Below are positions 52,601 to 61,283 of a stretch of DNA of 64,000 nt, piece by piece. Made by a program: the position numbers and the translations under genes. Location: assembly GCA_050013415.1 (NCBI GenBank), contig JBEKFH010000001.1, positions 5,936 through 69,935 on the forward strand, given 5' to 3'. Numbering within the stretch: the first letter of the stretch is position 1; every line of letters begins with the position of its first letter. The DNA comes from Streptosporangiaceae bacterium (GTDB lineage Bacteria; Actinomycetota; Actinomycetes; Streptosporangiales; Streptosporangiaceae). The notes beneath the pieces were generated by a model. It did no database searches, was not told where the DNA came from, and was given only the letters and a program-made list of their open reading frames with translations.

Positions 52601-52867
52601 GAGGCTCGGCTCGCGGCGATCGTTGCCGAGCTGCTCGGCCTGCCGGCGCCGGCCGGGGTGAGCGACAACTTCTTCGCGCTCGGCGGCCACTCGCTGACCG
52701 CGACCCGGCTGATGGCCCGGATCCGGGCCGTCTACGGCGTCGACCTGCCCATCCGCGCGCTCTTCTCCGACCCCACGGTGGCCGGCCTGGCCGCCGCGCT
52801 GGCCGCCGCCGGCGGTGCGCAGGCTGGCGACGGGCTGCGGACGCTCCGGCCCGGCGACGGGAGGTAG
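49679..52867 (+). CDS. NRPS 2: C-A-T
   Basis: 1062 aa from GTG 49679 (GGAAGG upstream, 2 nt after the NRPS 1 stop). Motifs: YEFPTSFGQRRMWLL, MHHIVADGWS, TIFTSGSTGRPKAV, NLYGPTETT, YRTGD, GSGKIDYRAL, FFALGGHSLT. The part of ORF 49145-52867 upstream of 49679 is out-of-context junk overlapping NRPS 1. Confidence 0.9.
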   Translation: MAVYEFPTSFGQRRMWLLAEMDPGEPTYNITWALWLDGPLDVSALQRAWDAALVRHEALRTIFRNEAGVPVQVIEDEPSARPLHVSSVEQLGAAEREPAALDLIRSLAGIPFDLATGPLARAALVRLSPDAHVLAVVMHHIVADGWSFRILFDELSADYEAISRGGDPVAAEPPIQYADYAIWQIEHSEDGGYAPAGRFWRAELADVPPALPLPADAPYPARQTFAARSIDSAISASLAGALRELAARHETTPFAVFLAAYAVVLARLTGSDDLVIAVPMAARTRPETESVVGLFMNTVPIRIRIDAGGKLSDLVRAVHAATARALAHQELPFARVVELVRPDRDPARLPLAQVMFAMEESWAVPDRGGLRWRPELVENGTAKFEIELTVTDAPGGPRMRVNYNSDLFRPAAGQLVADGFLAILHRLCDNPDQLVADADIMPPDALALVTSVWPDGGPVADPGATAVSQLWAACAGDSVVAAGAGGELTGDGVRDLARRITAAVRGHGAGIGDRVAILLPRGTRLLPAILGIWSAGASYLPLDPIYPAQRLATMLGDAGAAAIVVDSSVPGAPGLPPGAAPIPVVDLATLAAAGDARDTGPVAGLPPSAAAVTIFTSGSTGRPKAVSVTQGGIAALLNAVAPLLALGPRDRFVATTTFAFDIALVELLAPVLAGGCVVVADAEQARDAARLRELLTGSGATALQATPAGWRMLVDADGIPDGVKLRMTAGEPLPRDLADAMCAGPDVRVWNLYGPTETTIYSGGDAVSPSPAPIEIGPVIAGTQLYVLDAGLRPVPPGVMGEVYIGGAGVARGYHGAPGMTAGRFIPDPFSGRPGARLYRTGDVGRWRESGRIELAGRADRQIKIRGFRIESGEVEAALRSHDDIAQAVVSVRGGGHDVRLVGYLVTRSGATRPPAGLREFLREVLPDYMVPAAFVVLPALPLTGSGKIDYRALPEPDWGAAPGQVPAAPRTPVEARLAAIVAELLGLPAPAGVSDNFFALGGHSLTATRLMARIRAVYGVDLPIRALFSDPTVAGLAAALAAAGGAQAGDGLRTLRPGDGR

Positions 52868-52875
52868 GGTCTCCC

Positions 52876-55800
52876 ATGCGCTTCCCCGTGTCGTCCTCGC
52901 AGCGGCGGCTGTGGTTCCTCGATCAGCTCGATCCCGGCGAGCCGACGTACAACATGGCGTACGCGATCTGGCTCGACGGCCCGCTCGACGCCGGGGCGCT
53001 GCAGCGGGCGATGGACGCCGTGGTCGCGCGGCAGGCCGTGCTGCGGACGAGCATCGTCGCCTTCGACGGCGTGCCCGAGCAGATCGTCGCCGACACCGCC
53101 ACGGTGCCAATCGAGCGGATCGAGCTGCCGCCCGCGCCCGGCGACGGCGCGCCCGGCGGCGGCGCGCCCGGCGACGGCGCGCTCGATGACGCCGAGTTCG
53201 CCCGGCAGGCCAGGTCGATCGCGGCTGCCCGCGCGCGCCAGCCGTTCGACCTGGCCGCCGGGCCGCTGATCCGGGCCGCGCTGGTCGGCGCCGGGCCCGG
53301 CCGGCACCTGCTCGTGCTGGTCATGCACCACAGCATCAGCGACGGCGCGTCCATGGAGATCCTGATCGGCGAGCTGTCCGCCGCGTACCGGGCCGAGACG
53401 ACCGGCACGCCCGCGTCCCTGCCGCCGCTCTGGATGGAGTACGGCGACTACGCCGTGTGGCAGCAGGACCGGATGCGCGGCGAGGAACTTGACCGGCTGC
53501 TGGCCTACTGGCGCGAGCAACTCCGCGGCGCACCACAGGTCCTCGCCCTGCCGACGGACCGGCCCAGGCCCGCCCGCCAGTCCGTGCGCGGCGCGGCGGC
53601 GACGGTCACCATGGACGCCGCGACGACGCGCCGCCTGGCCGCGGTGGCGCGCGGCGCCGACGTGACCATGTTCATGCTGTTCCTGGCCGGCTTCGCCGCG
53701 GTGCTGTCGCGCTACGCGCGGCAGCACGACATCGTGATCGACACCCAGGTGGCCGGCCGCACCCATGCCGAGCTGGACCCGATCATCGGCATGTTCACGA
53801 ACACGGTCGCGCTGCGGATACCGCTGGCCGGCGATCCGGCGTTCAGCGCGCTGCTCGGCCGGGTCCGGGACACGACCCTGGACGCGCTGCTGTATCAGGA
53901 GCTCCCGTTCGAGAAGCTCGTCGAGGATCTCGCGCCGGACCGCACGCTCTCGCACGCGGCGCTCACCCAGGTCCAGTTCCTCTACGGGTCGCTCACGCCG
54001 CCCGTGCCGGATCTGCCCGGCATCACCGCGCGCGCCGAGGCGGTGCTCACCGGCACCGCGAAACTCGACCTCACCATGTATGTGGACACTCTCGACGGCC
54101 AGTCCACGACACTGACCCTGGAATACAGCACGGATCTGTTCGGCCCGGCGTGGGCCGGGCAGTTCCTGCGCTGCATGGCGAACCTGCTGGAGCACGCGGC
54201 GGACGCCCCCGGGACCCTGGTAGCCGACCTGCCGCTGCTGCCGGCCGCGGAGCGCGACGCGCTGATCATCGGGCGCAACCGCCCGGCGCTGCCGCCCGGC
54301 GACGACATCACGGACGTCCGGCGCCTGCTGCAGGCCTCGGCTTCCCGCGTCACCAGCGGCGGCGAGACGGTGGCAATGAGCCAGGTGTGCGACCGCGCTG
54401 CCCGGATCGCCCGGGCTCTCGCCGACCGCGGCGTGGGCCCGGAAACGCTGGTCGGGCTGTGCGCCGGGCGCGGCACCGGGATGCTGGCGGCGCTGCTCGG
54501 CGTGTGGTGGGCCGGCGGCGCCTACGTGCCGCTGGACCCGGCCTTCCCGCCGGCCCGGCTGGCCGCGATGGCACGCGGCGCCGGCCTGCGGATTATCATC
54601 TCCGACGCCGCCAACCGCGATCTGGCCCGGTCAGTGGCCGATGGCGCGACGGTGCTCTGCCTGGACGACCCGGCCGCGACGGCCGCGTTCCCGCTCGATC
54701 CGGTGCCCCTGCCCGACGCCGCGCTCGCCTACGTCATCTTCACCTCGGGCTCGACCGGGCAGCCCAAGGGCGTCGGCATCTCCCGCCGGGCCGTCGCGAA
54801 CCTGCTCGCGTCGTTCCGGCGCGCCTTCGGGCTCGGCAGCGGCGACCGCTTCGTCGCCGTCACCACGCTGTCGTTCGACATCGCCCTGCTCGAGCTGCTG
54901 CTGCCCGCGGCCTGCGGCGCGGACCTGGTGATCGCGACCGCCGAGGAGGCCCGTGAGCCCGACCGGCTGCGGGCGCTGATCGAGCAGACGGGCGCGACCG
55001 CGATGCAGGCGACGCCGCAGACCTGGCGCATGCTGGAATCGGCCGGCGGCGTGCCGGCCGGCCTTCGGCTGCGGCTCTGCGGCGGCGAGCCCCTCCCGGC
55101 CGACCTGGCGGGCCAGCTGATGGCGCCCGGCGTCACCCTGTGGAACCTCTACGGCCCTACCGAGACCACGGTCTGGTCGGCGGCCGGCGTGGTCACCAGC
55201 GCGGCGAGGGCGGCCGAGATCGGGCCGCCCATCGACCACACCCGGGTGTACGTGCTGGATGAGCGGCTGATGCCGGTGCCGGCCGGGGTCGTGGGCGAGG
55301 TCTGCCTGGCCGGCCGGGGCGTCGCGCGCGGCTATCACGGCCGGCCCCTGCTCACCGCGCGGTCGTTCCGGCCGGATCCGTGGAGCGACGAGCCAGGGGC
55401 CCGCCTGTACCGGACCGGCGACCTCGGCCGGTGGCGCGACGGCGCGGGCCTGGAGCTGATCGGCCGGAACGACCACCAGGTGAAGATCCGCGGCTTCCGG
55501 ATCGAGCTCGGCGAGATCGAGGCCGTGCTGCGCGCGCACCGTGACGTGCGGCAGGCGGCCGTCGTCACCGCCGCCCGGGCCGGCGAGCCCGCGCTGGCCG
55601 GGTACGTCGTGCCGCGCCGGGGCAGCGCCCTGGCCGCGCCCGGCGCCGACGTGCTGGCGGAGCTGCGGCCGCACCTGCGCGCCGCGCTGCCCGACTACAT
55701 GATCCCGGCGCTGATGATCACGCTGCCCGCGCTGCCGCTGACGCCGAACGCGAAGGTGAACCGGGCCGCGCTGCCCGCCCCGCAGTGGGATGCCCCGCCG

Positions 55801-56187
55801 TCCGCGGCCGGCCACGCGGCGCCCCGGAACCCGGTCGAGGCGACCCTCGCCCGGATCTGGGCCGACCTCCTCGCCACCGGGGCGGCGGTCGGCGTGCACG
55901 ACAACCTGTTCGCCCTCGGCGGTCACTCGCTGACTGCGACCAGGTTCGTCGCCCGCGTGTCCGACACGTACGGCGTGAGCCTGCCGGTGCATCACGTCTT
56001 CGCCAGCCCGACGATCGCGGAGCTAGCCGAGGTGGTCGCCGCCGACCCGGATTTCGGGGCCACCGCGGGCCCGGCCCGGCACGCCGAGCTGGACGCGCTC
56101 AGTGACGAGGACCTGGACGAGCTGCTGCGCGCGGCACTCGCCCAGCGCAACCGGCGGCAGGCGATCGCGGGCGACCAGGATTCGTAA
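52876..56187 (+). CDS. NRPS 3: C-A-T with a short C-terminal tail (no TE, R or terminal C domain)
   Basis: 1103 aa. Motifs: SSSQRRLWFL, MHHSISDGAS, YVIFTSGSTGQPKGV, NLYGPTETT, YRTGD, PNAKVNRAAL, LFALGGHSLT. About 49 aa follow the T domain with no GxSxG. Confidence 0.9.
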   Translation: MRFPVSSSQRRLWFLDQLDPGEPTYNMAYAIWLDGPLDAGALQRAMDAVVARQAVLRTSIVAFDGVPEQIVADTATVPIERIELPPAPGDGAPGGGAPGDGALDDAEFARQARSIAAARARQPFDLAAGPLIRAALVGAGPGRHLLVLVMHHSISDGASMEILIGELSAAYRAETTGTPASLPPLWMEYGDYAVWQQDRMRGEELDRLLAYWREQLRGAPQVLALPTDRPRPARQSVRGAAATVTMDAATTRRLAAVARGADVTMFMLFLAGFAAVLSRYARQHDIVIDTQVAGRTHAELDPIIGMFTNTVALRIPLAGDPAFSALLGRVRDTTLDALLYQELPFEKLVEDLAPDRTLSHAALTQVQFLYGSLTPPVPDLPGITARAEAVLTGTAKLDLTMYVDTLDGQSTTLTLEYSTDLFGPAWAGQFLRCMANLLEHAADAPGTLVADLPLLPAAERDALIIGRNRPALPPGDDITDVRRLLQASASRVTSGGETVAMSQVCDRAARIARALADRGVGPETLVGLCAGRGTGMLAALLGVWWAGGAYVPLDPAFPPARLAAMARGAGLRIIISDAANRDLARSVADGATVLCLDDPAATAAFPLDPVPLPDAALAYVIFTSGSTGQPKGVGISRRAVANLLASFRRAFGLGSGDRFVAVTTLSFDIALLELLLPAACGADLVIATAEEAREPDRLRALIEQTGATAMQATPQTWRMLESAGGVPAGLRLRLCGGEPLPADLAGQLMAPGVTLWNLYGPTETTVWSAAGVVTSAARAAEIGPPIDHTRVYVLDERLMPVPAGVVGEVCLAGRGVARGYHGRPLLTARSFRPDPWSDEPGARLYRTGDLGRWRDGAGLELIGRNDHQVKIRGFRIELGEIEAVLRAHRDVRQAAVVTAARAGEPALAGYVVPRRGSALAAPGADVLAELRPHLRAALPDYMIPALMITLPALPLTPNAKVNRAALPAPQWDAPPSAAGHAAPRNPVEATLARIWADLLATGAAVGVHDNLFALGGHSLTATRFVARVSDTYGVSLPVHHVFASPTIAELAEVVAADPDFGATAGPARHAELDALSDEDLDELLRAALAQRNRRQAIAGDQDS

Positions 56188-56437
56188 CGCTGCCCGCGGG
56201 GCCGGCGCCGCAGGCAGCGGCATCCGGTTCCGGGGCGGGTTACCGGGCGCGTTCCCGGGGCGGATTCCCGGGGCCGTGAGCACATCTGGTCCCAGCGCCT
56301 CCAAAATTGGCTCAATAGCCCCCGAATCTGGTCCAACCAGCGGGGCGGCTGGGGCGTCCATAGGTACAGGCACGGCGGAGTCCCGGCACGGCGGAGTCCC
56401 GCCGTGCGACGCAGCGAGGTTAAGGCGGTACGCGGCG

Positions 56438-57586
56438 ATGAAGATGCCGGCGATGAAGAAGTCACTGGGCCGGGTGGCGGCGCTGGCCGGCCTCCCCGTG
56501 CTGCTGCTGGCGCTCGGGGCGGGCCTTGGCGCGGGCAGCGCCGCAGCGCAGCCAGCGAGCGGGAACCCGCCGCCTCCGAAGGGGTTCGAGGCGGACTCGG
56601 CCAGCTTCGTGTCGGCGCAGACCGGGTTCGTGCTGGGCGCCCGCGGCTGCAGCAGGCTGCCGTGCCGGGCGCTGCTGGAGAAGACCGTCAACGGCGGCAG
56701 GACCTGGGCCAAGGTGCCCGCGCCCGCGGTCCAGCTCGTCCCGACGTACACCACCAGTCCGGCATCCGCGGTGAGCACGGTCCGGTTCGAGAACGCCAGC
56801 GACGGCTGGCTGCTGGGTCCCGCGCTGTGGGCCACCACCGACGGCGGCGCGACGTGGCACCGGATGTCGCTTCCGGGCGAGGTCATCGCGCTGGCCGCGT
56901 CCGACGGCGAGGTCTTCGCGGTGGCGCAGCCGGCCGACGGCGGCCTCTATCAGGCCAGGCTGTATGACAGCGGTGTCGGCACTACCACGTGGAACCTCGT
57001 TCCCGGCATCGCCCCGCAGAACGCGCTGACCGTGTTCGGTCATTCTGTCTGGGCCGGCGTTGCGTCCGGTGCGGACGGGGGCCTGTGGACATCCGCCGAC
57101 AGCGGCAAGCACTGGTCCGGCCTGCCGTTCCGCTGCCCCTCCGGCGTCATCTCCGCCAGCGCGGTGGCGGCCGCGTCGGCGGCCAGGGTCGCGATCGGGT
57201 GCTCCGACCAGGGATACCCGCAGCCCGGCCAGAGCATCAAGAAGGTCTACACGTCCGCCAACGGCGGGCGCACCTTCCACCTGGCGGGCTCGCCCCCGAT
57301 AGCTGGCCAGGTCGGCACCCTGGCCATGCCGCCGGGACGCCCGCAGGTGATCACGATGTCGGCCGCCAGCGGCGCCACCTACCTGTACCGGTCCGCCGAT
57401 GGCGGCGGGACCTGGGCGGCCACGGTGTACCTCGACGGCGGCCTGGACACCCGTGACCTGGCCTATGTCTCCCCCGCCACCGGTTACGTGATCCACTTCA
57501 GCGGCGGCCCGGTGATCGCCTACACCGATGGCCTGCTGAAGACCTCGGACGCCGGGGCGACCTGGACGGCCGTGCCCATCCCCTGA
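56438..57586 (+). CDS. Secreted BNR/Asp-box repeat (sialidase-like or Ycf48-like) beta-propeller protein
   Basis: 382 aa from ATG 56438. Signal peptide MKMPAMKKSLGRVAALAGLPVLLLALGAGLGAGSAAA. Repeated S/T.DGG.TW boxes (TVNGGRTW, TTDGGATW, SADSGKHW, SANGGRTF, SADGGGTW, TSDAGATW). Confidence 0.75.
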   Translation: MKMPAMKKSLGRVAALAGLPVLLLALGAGLGAGSAAAQPASGNPPPPKGFEADSASFVSAQTGFVLGARGCSRLPCRALLEKTVNGGRTWAKVPAPAVQLVPTYTTSPASAVSTVRFENASDGWLLGPALWATTDGGATWHRMSLPGEVIALAASDGEVFAVAQPADGGLYQARLYDSGVGTTTWNLVPGIAPQNALTVFGHSVWAGVASGADGGLWTSADSGKHWSGLPFRCPSGVISASAVAAASAARVAIGCSDQGYPQPGQSIKKVYTSANGGRTFHLAGSPPIAGQVGTLAMPPGRPQVITMSAASGATYLYRSADGGGTWAATVYLDGGLDTRDLAYVSPATGYVIHFSGGPVIAYTDGLLKTSDAGATWTAVPIP

Positions 57587-57692
57587 CCCGGTCCGAGCCC
57601 CGGGCCGGCGGCTGCCGCGGTGCGCGGAACGATCGACCACTGGGGATCGTTCATCGGGGACGGCAGCACCGAAAGCAGCGAGAGCCCGGCGC

Positions 57693-59069
57693 TCAATCTG
57701 GTGGTGAGTAGGCGTAGAGGGTGCCGCCCGAGGCGAAGTAGAGCGTCCCGACTGCCACGGCTGATGAGTCCTGGATCTCCCCGGTGGTAGCGGCGGAGAA
57801 GATCTGGGCCCCGCTTGCCAGGCTGTACCCGTATTCATGGTCAGTGAGGTCGCCGACGAACAGCACCTGGTTGCCGGGGCCGCCGGAGACCGCAGGGGAG
57901 GCCTGGATCGTCCCGCCCGGCTTGGCGTGCCAGATAACGGCGCCGGTCGTGGCGTTGAACGCGAACACCGACCCGGCGAAGCCCACCACAAGGGTGTTAC
58001 CGCTCAGCGCCGCCTCAGAGACGGCGAGGGAGTTCGTGCTGCCGGCGCCCAGGGTGTAGGACCAGATTTGCGTGCCGGTGAGCAGGTTGAGCGCGTATTC
58101 GACGCCGTCCTTGCCGTCGATGTACACGACGCCGTCGGCGAAGCCGTTGCCGCCGGGCGCACTGATGGTGGGGCCGGCTCCGACGTCCTGGTCCGTGCCG
58201 GTCTGCACCGTCTGGAAACGCCAGAGCCGGGCGCCGGTGACGGCGTTGAGAGCGTAAACGGCGCCGTCGGGGTTGCTGGTGCCGAACACGACGGCCCAGG
58301 TGCCGCTGCTGTCCTGGGCGAGCGCGGGCTCGTCCCAGACGCCGGTCATCGTGCCGTTCGTCCCTTTGTTCGCCCAGTTGTCGTACGCCCATCGTTCCTT
58401 GCAGTTTCCGGCGGTGTTGCCAACGCCGGTGATAGCCCACATGTGGCCGGCGTTTTGCGCTTCGGTCGGCGAGGAGACCCCGGCGTCGCCGAAGAACACG
58501 GTCGGGCCCGTCCCGTCGACGCTGCCGACCACGGGCGAGGAGAAGATGCGGCCAGGTTTCTTGGCCGGCGGCATGACGGGCACGGTGAAGGTGCACTGCA
58601 CGGCCCCGGTGGCCGCGTCAAGCGCCTCAAGGTTTCCGTCGTTGTTTCCGAAGTACACGGTGTTGCCGTACACGGCGGGCGATGAGAACACGTCGGGAGT
58701 CACCGACCGCCGCCAGACCAGCGTCCCGGTCGAGGCGTTGAACGCCGACACGACCCCCGTGTAGGTCACGTAATAGACGATCGTCTCTTTCAGCGCAGCG
58801 TTATAAGCGACGGCCGGCGACGGCTGATCGGATGCGGTGCCCAGCGGCTGTGACCACCGCTTGGCCAGGCCTGGCGCCGTCGATGCCCCGATGGCGGTGT
58901 CAGACGACACCCCGGAATGCAGCGGATCATGACCGAACATCGGCCAGTAGTCGCTGGCGGCAACCGCGCGAGAAGCCGCCCCTGCCGTGCTGACCGGCCC
59001 CAGCATCGCAGCGCTGACAAGGACCGCCACCACAAATAAGGCCGGTGAGTACCTGAGCCGACGATGCAT
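57693..59069 (-). CDS. Secreted PQQ-like / BamB-like beta-propeller repeat protein
   Basis: About 458 aa with a signal peptide (...LFVVAVLVSAAMLGPVSTAGAAS). WPMFGHDPLHSG is followed by repeated G.V.A.NA.TG...W blades. ATG 59069 is preferred over TTG 59075. Confidence 0.75.
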   Translation of the reverse strand: MHRRLRYSPALFVVAVLVSAAMLGPVSTAGAASRAVAASDYWPMFGHDPLHSGVSSDTAIGASTAPGLAKRWSQPLGTASDQPSPAVAYNAALKETIVYYVTYTGVVSAFNASTGTLVWRRSVTPDVFSSPAVYGNTVYFGNNDGNLEALDAATGAVQCTFTVPVMPPAKKPGRIFSSPVVGSVDGTGPTVFFGDAGVSSPTEAQNAGHMWAITGVGNTAGNCKERWAYDNWANKGTNGTMTGVWDEPALAQDSSGTWAVVFGTSNPDGAVYALNAVTGARLWRFQTVQTGTDQDVGAGPTISAPGGNGFADGVVYIDGKDGVEYALNLLTGTQIWSYTLGAGSTNSLAVSEAALSGNTLVVGFAGSVFAFNATTGAVIWHAKPGGTIQASPAVSGGPGNQVLFVGDLTDHEYGYSLASGAQIFSAATTGEIQDSSAVAVGTLYFASGGTLYAYSPPD

Positions 59070-59208
59070 ATCCAAGCCCCCGATCCGTATCGGCTATTTC
59101 AGATTTCTTCGCACCATAGCTCCCTGGATGCCGGGGGTCCACCCTCGCGGGATTGCCGTTGGCGGGACGGTGGGCCGGGAACTGCGACAGCGAGGCATCA
59201 CCTGCTAG

Positions 59209-59228
59209 TCTTCTAGAACACTAGAAGA
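59209..59228. promoter_or_regulatory. 8-bp perfect inverted repeat (tcttctag aaca ctagaaga) abutting the trpB ribosome-binding site
   Basis: Arms at 59209-59216 and 59221-59228. GAGGAGAAA follows immediately and the ATG is at 59243. The patch is locally AT-rich. Confidence 0.4.
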
Positions 59229-59242
59229 GGAGAAACGGAGCG

Positions 59243-60511
59243 ATGATGGCCGGACGATTTCAGAACGCCGCAGTCGCCGCGGTACCGGATGTCACGCCCG
59301 CCAGCGCGCCGGACGCCGCGGTGACGAGCCAGCCGTGGGCGATGGGCGATCCGGGGCCACGCGGCCGGTTCGGGTCATTCGGCGGGCGTTTCGTCCCCGA
59401 GGCGCTCGTGCCGGCGTGCGAGCAGCTCGAGGCGGCTTTCCGGGCGGCCTGGGCCGATGCGGGCTTCCGGGCCGGGCTGGCGGGCATGCTGCGCTCCTAC
59501 GCTGGCCGGCCGACCCCGGTCACCGAGGCGGCCCGCCTGTCCGAGGCGCTGGGCGTGCGGGTGCTGCTCAAGCGCGAGGATCTCGCCCACACCGGCAGCC
59601 ACAAGATCAACAACGCGCTGGGCCAGGGGCTGCTGGCCCAGCGGATCGGCAAGGCCGCGCTAGTCGCGGAGACGGGCGCGGGCCAGCACGGGGTCGCAAC
59701 GGCGACAGTAGCCGCGCACCTGGGCCTGGGCTGCACGGTGTACATGGGGGCGAAGGACATCGCGCGGCAGGAACTCAACGTGTTCCGGATGGAACTGCTC
59801 GGGGCGGCCGTGGTGCCCGTTACCTCGGGGGCGCGCACGCTCAAGGACGCGACCAGCGAGGCGCTGCGGCACTGGGTCACCACGGTGGATTCCACGCACT
59901 ACTGCATCGGGTCGGTGCTGGGCCCGCACCCGTACCCCTGGCTGGTGCGGGAGTTCCAGCGGGTGATCGGGGACGAGGCGCGCGCCCAGTGCGCGGAACT
60001 TCTCTCCGGGGCCGGGCCGGACGTCGTCGTCGCATGCGTGGGCGGCGGGTCGAACGCGGCCGGGACATTCGCCGGCTTCGTCGCCACCCCGGCCCGGCTG
60101 GTCGGCGTCGAGGCCGCGGGCGGGGCGGCGGTGACGAACGGCCGCCCTGGCGTGCTGCACGGCTCCCTGTCGTCCTTCCTGCAGGACGAGGACGGCCAGA
60201 TCGCCGAGGCGCGCTCCGTTTCCGCCGGGCTCGACTACCCCGGCGTCGGCCCGGAGCATGCCTGGCTGGCCGAGTCCGGGCGCGCCGAGTACCACACCGC
60301 GACCGACGAGGAGGCCGTGGCCGCGGCCGGGTTGTGCGCCAGGACCGAGGGCATCCTGCCCGCGCTCGAGTCAGCTCACGCCCTGGCCTGGGTGCACCGC
60401 GCCGCCCGCGCCGGGGACGTGGCCGGCGGCGCGACAGTGCTGATCACCATGTCCGGCCGCGGCGACAAGGACGCCGCCTGCCTGAAGGAGCTCGTCCGTG
60501 GCCGCCGTTGA
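59243..60511 (+). CDS. trpB: Tryptophan synthase beta chain
   Basis: 422 aa. Motifs: [30 protein letters not shown] (PLP Lys), [14 protein letters not shown] and the SGRGDKD tail. Confidence 0.9.
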   Translation: MMAGRFQNAAVAAVPDVTPASAPDAAVTSQPWAMGDPGPRGRFGSFGGRFVPEALVPACEQLEAAFRAAWADAGFRAGLAGMLRSYAGRPTPVTEAARLSEALGVRVLLKREDLAHTGSHKINNALGQGLLAQRIGKAALVAETGAGQHGVATATVAAHLGLGCTVYMGAKDIARQELNVFRMELLGAAVVPVTSGARTLKDATSEALRHWVTTVDSTHYCIGSVLGPHPYPWLVREFQRVIGDEARAQCAELLSGAGPDVVVACVGGGSNAAGTFAGFVATPARLVGVEAAGGAAVTNGRPGVLHGSLSSFLQDEDGQIAEARSVSAGLDYPGVGPEHAWLAESGRAEYHTATDEEAVAAAGLCARTEGILPALESAHALAWVHRAARAGDVAGGATVLITMSGRGDKDAACLKELVRGRR

Positions 60512-61283
60512 GACCGCGCTGCGCCGCGCCCGCGCCGCCGGCCGGCCCAGCCTCGTCACCTACGTCACCGGCGGGATCCGCGAGGACTGGACGGACCTGC
60601 TGGCCGCCATGATCGAGGCCGGCGCCGACGCGGTCGAGATCGGCCTGCCGTTCTCCGACCCCATGCTGGACGGCCGCACCATCCAGCAGGCCTCGGCCGC
60701 CGCCATCAGCCGCGGAGCGACCACGGCCAGCATCCTCGGCCAGCTCAGCGCGGCCGCCGGCGGCGTCCCGCTGATCGCGATGACCTACGCAAACCACGCC
60801 TACTCCCGCGGCCTGCCCGCGTTCTGCCGCCAGCTCGCGGACGCGGGGCTCGGCGGGGTGATCATCCCCGACCTGCCCGCGGCCGAGGCCGACGACTACC
60901 TTGAGGCCGCCGGACAGGCAGGCCTGGACGCCACCTTGATGGTGGCCCCCGTCACCGGGCAGGAGCAGGTCAAGGCCATCGCCGTGCGCACGCGCGGTTT
61001 CCTGTATGTCATGAGCGTCATGGCCACCACGGGAAACTCCCGCGTGAGCGGCGACACCGCCGGCTGGGCGGTCGCCGCCCGCGCCCGCCGCCACAGCCCC
61101 CGGCCGGTGCTGATCGGCTTCGGCATTGACACCCCCGGCCGGGCCGCCGCCGCGGCCCGGCACGCCGACGGCGTCATCGTCGCCTCCGCGCTGATGCGCC
61201 GCGTCCTGGACGGCGCCAGCAGCGGCTGCATCGGCCGCGACGTGGCCGCGCTGCGCACCGCGCTCGACCAGGCCCGCCCGTGA
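60498..61283 (+). CDS. trpA: Tryptophan synthase alpha chain
   Basis: 261 aa with [22 protein letters not shown] and GFGI. It overlaps the trpB end by 14 nt. Confidence 0.85.
   Translation: MAAVETALRRARAAGRPSLVTYVTGGIREDWTDLLAAMIEAGADAVEIGLPFSDPMLDGRTIQQASAAAISRGATTASILGQLSAAAGGVPLIAMTYANHAYSRGLPAFCRQLADAGLGGVIIPDLPAAEADDYLEAAGQAGLDATLMVAPVTGQEQVKAIAVRTRGFLYVMSVMATTGNSRVSGDTAGWAVAARARRHSPRPVLIGFGIDTPGRAAAAARHADGVIVASALMRRVLDGASSGCIGRDVAALRTALDQARP

Noticed and set aside
56040-56187. Possible cryptic TE or docking element at the C-terminus of NRPS 3
   Set aside because: Only about 49 aa follow the T domain, with no GxSxG or other catalytic motif. At most this is a docking tail.
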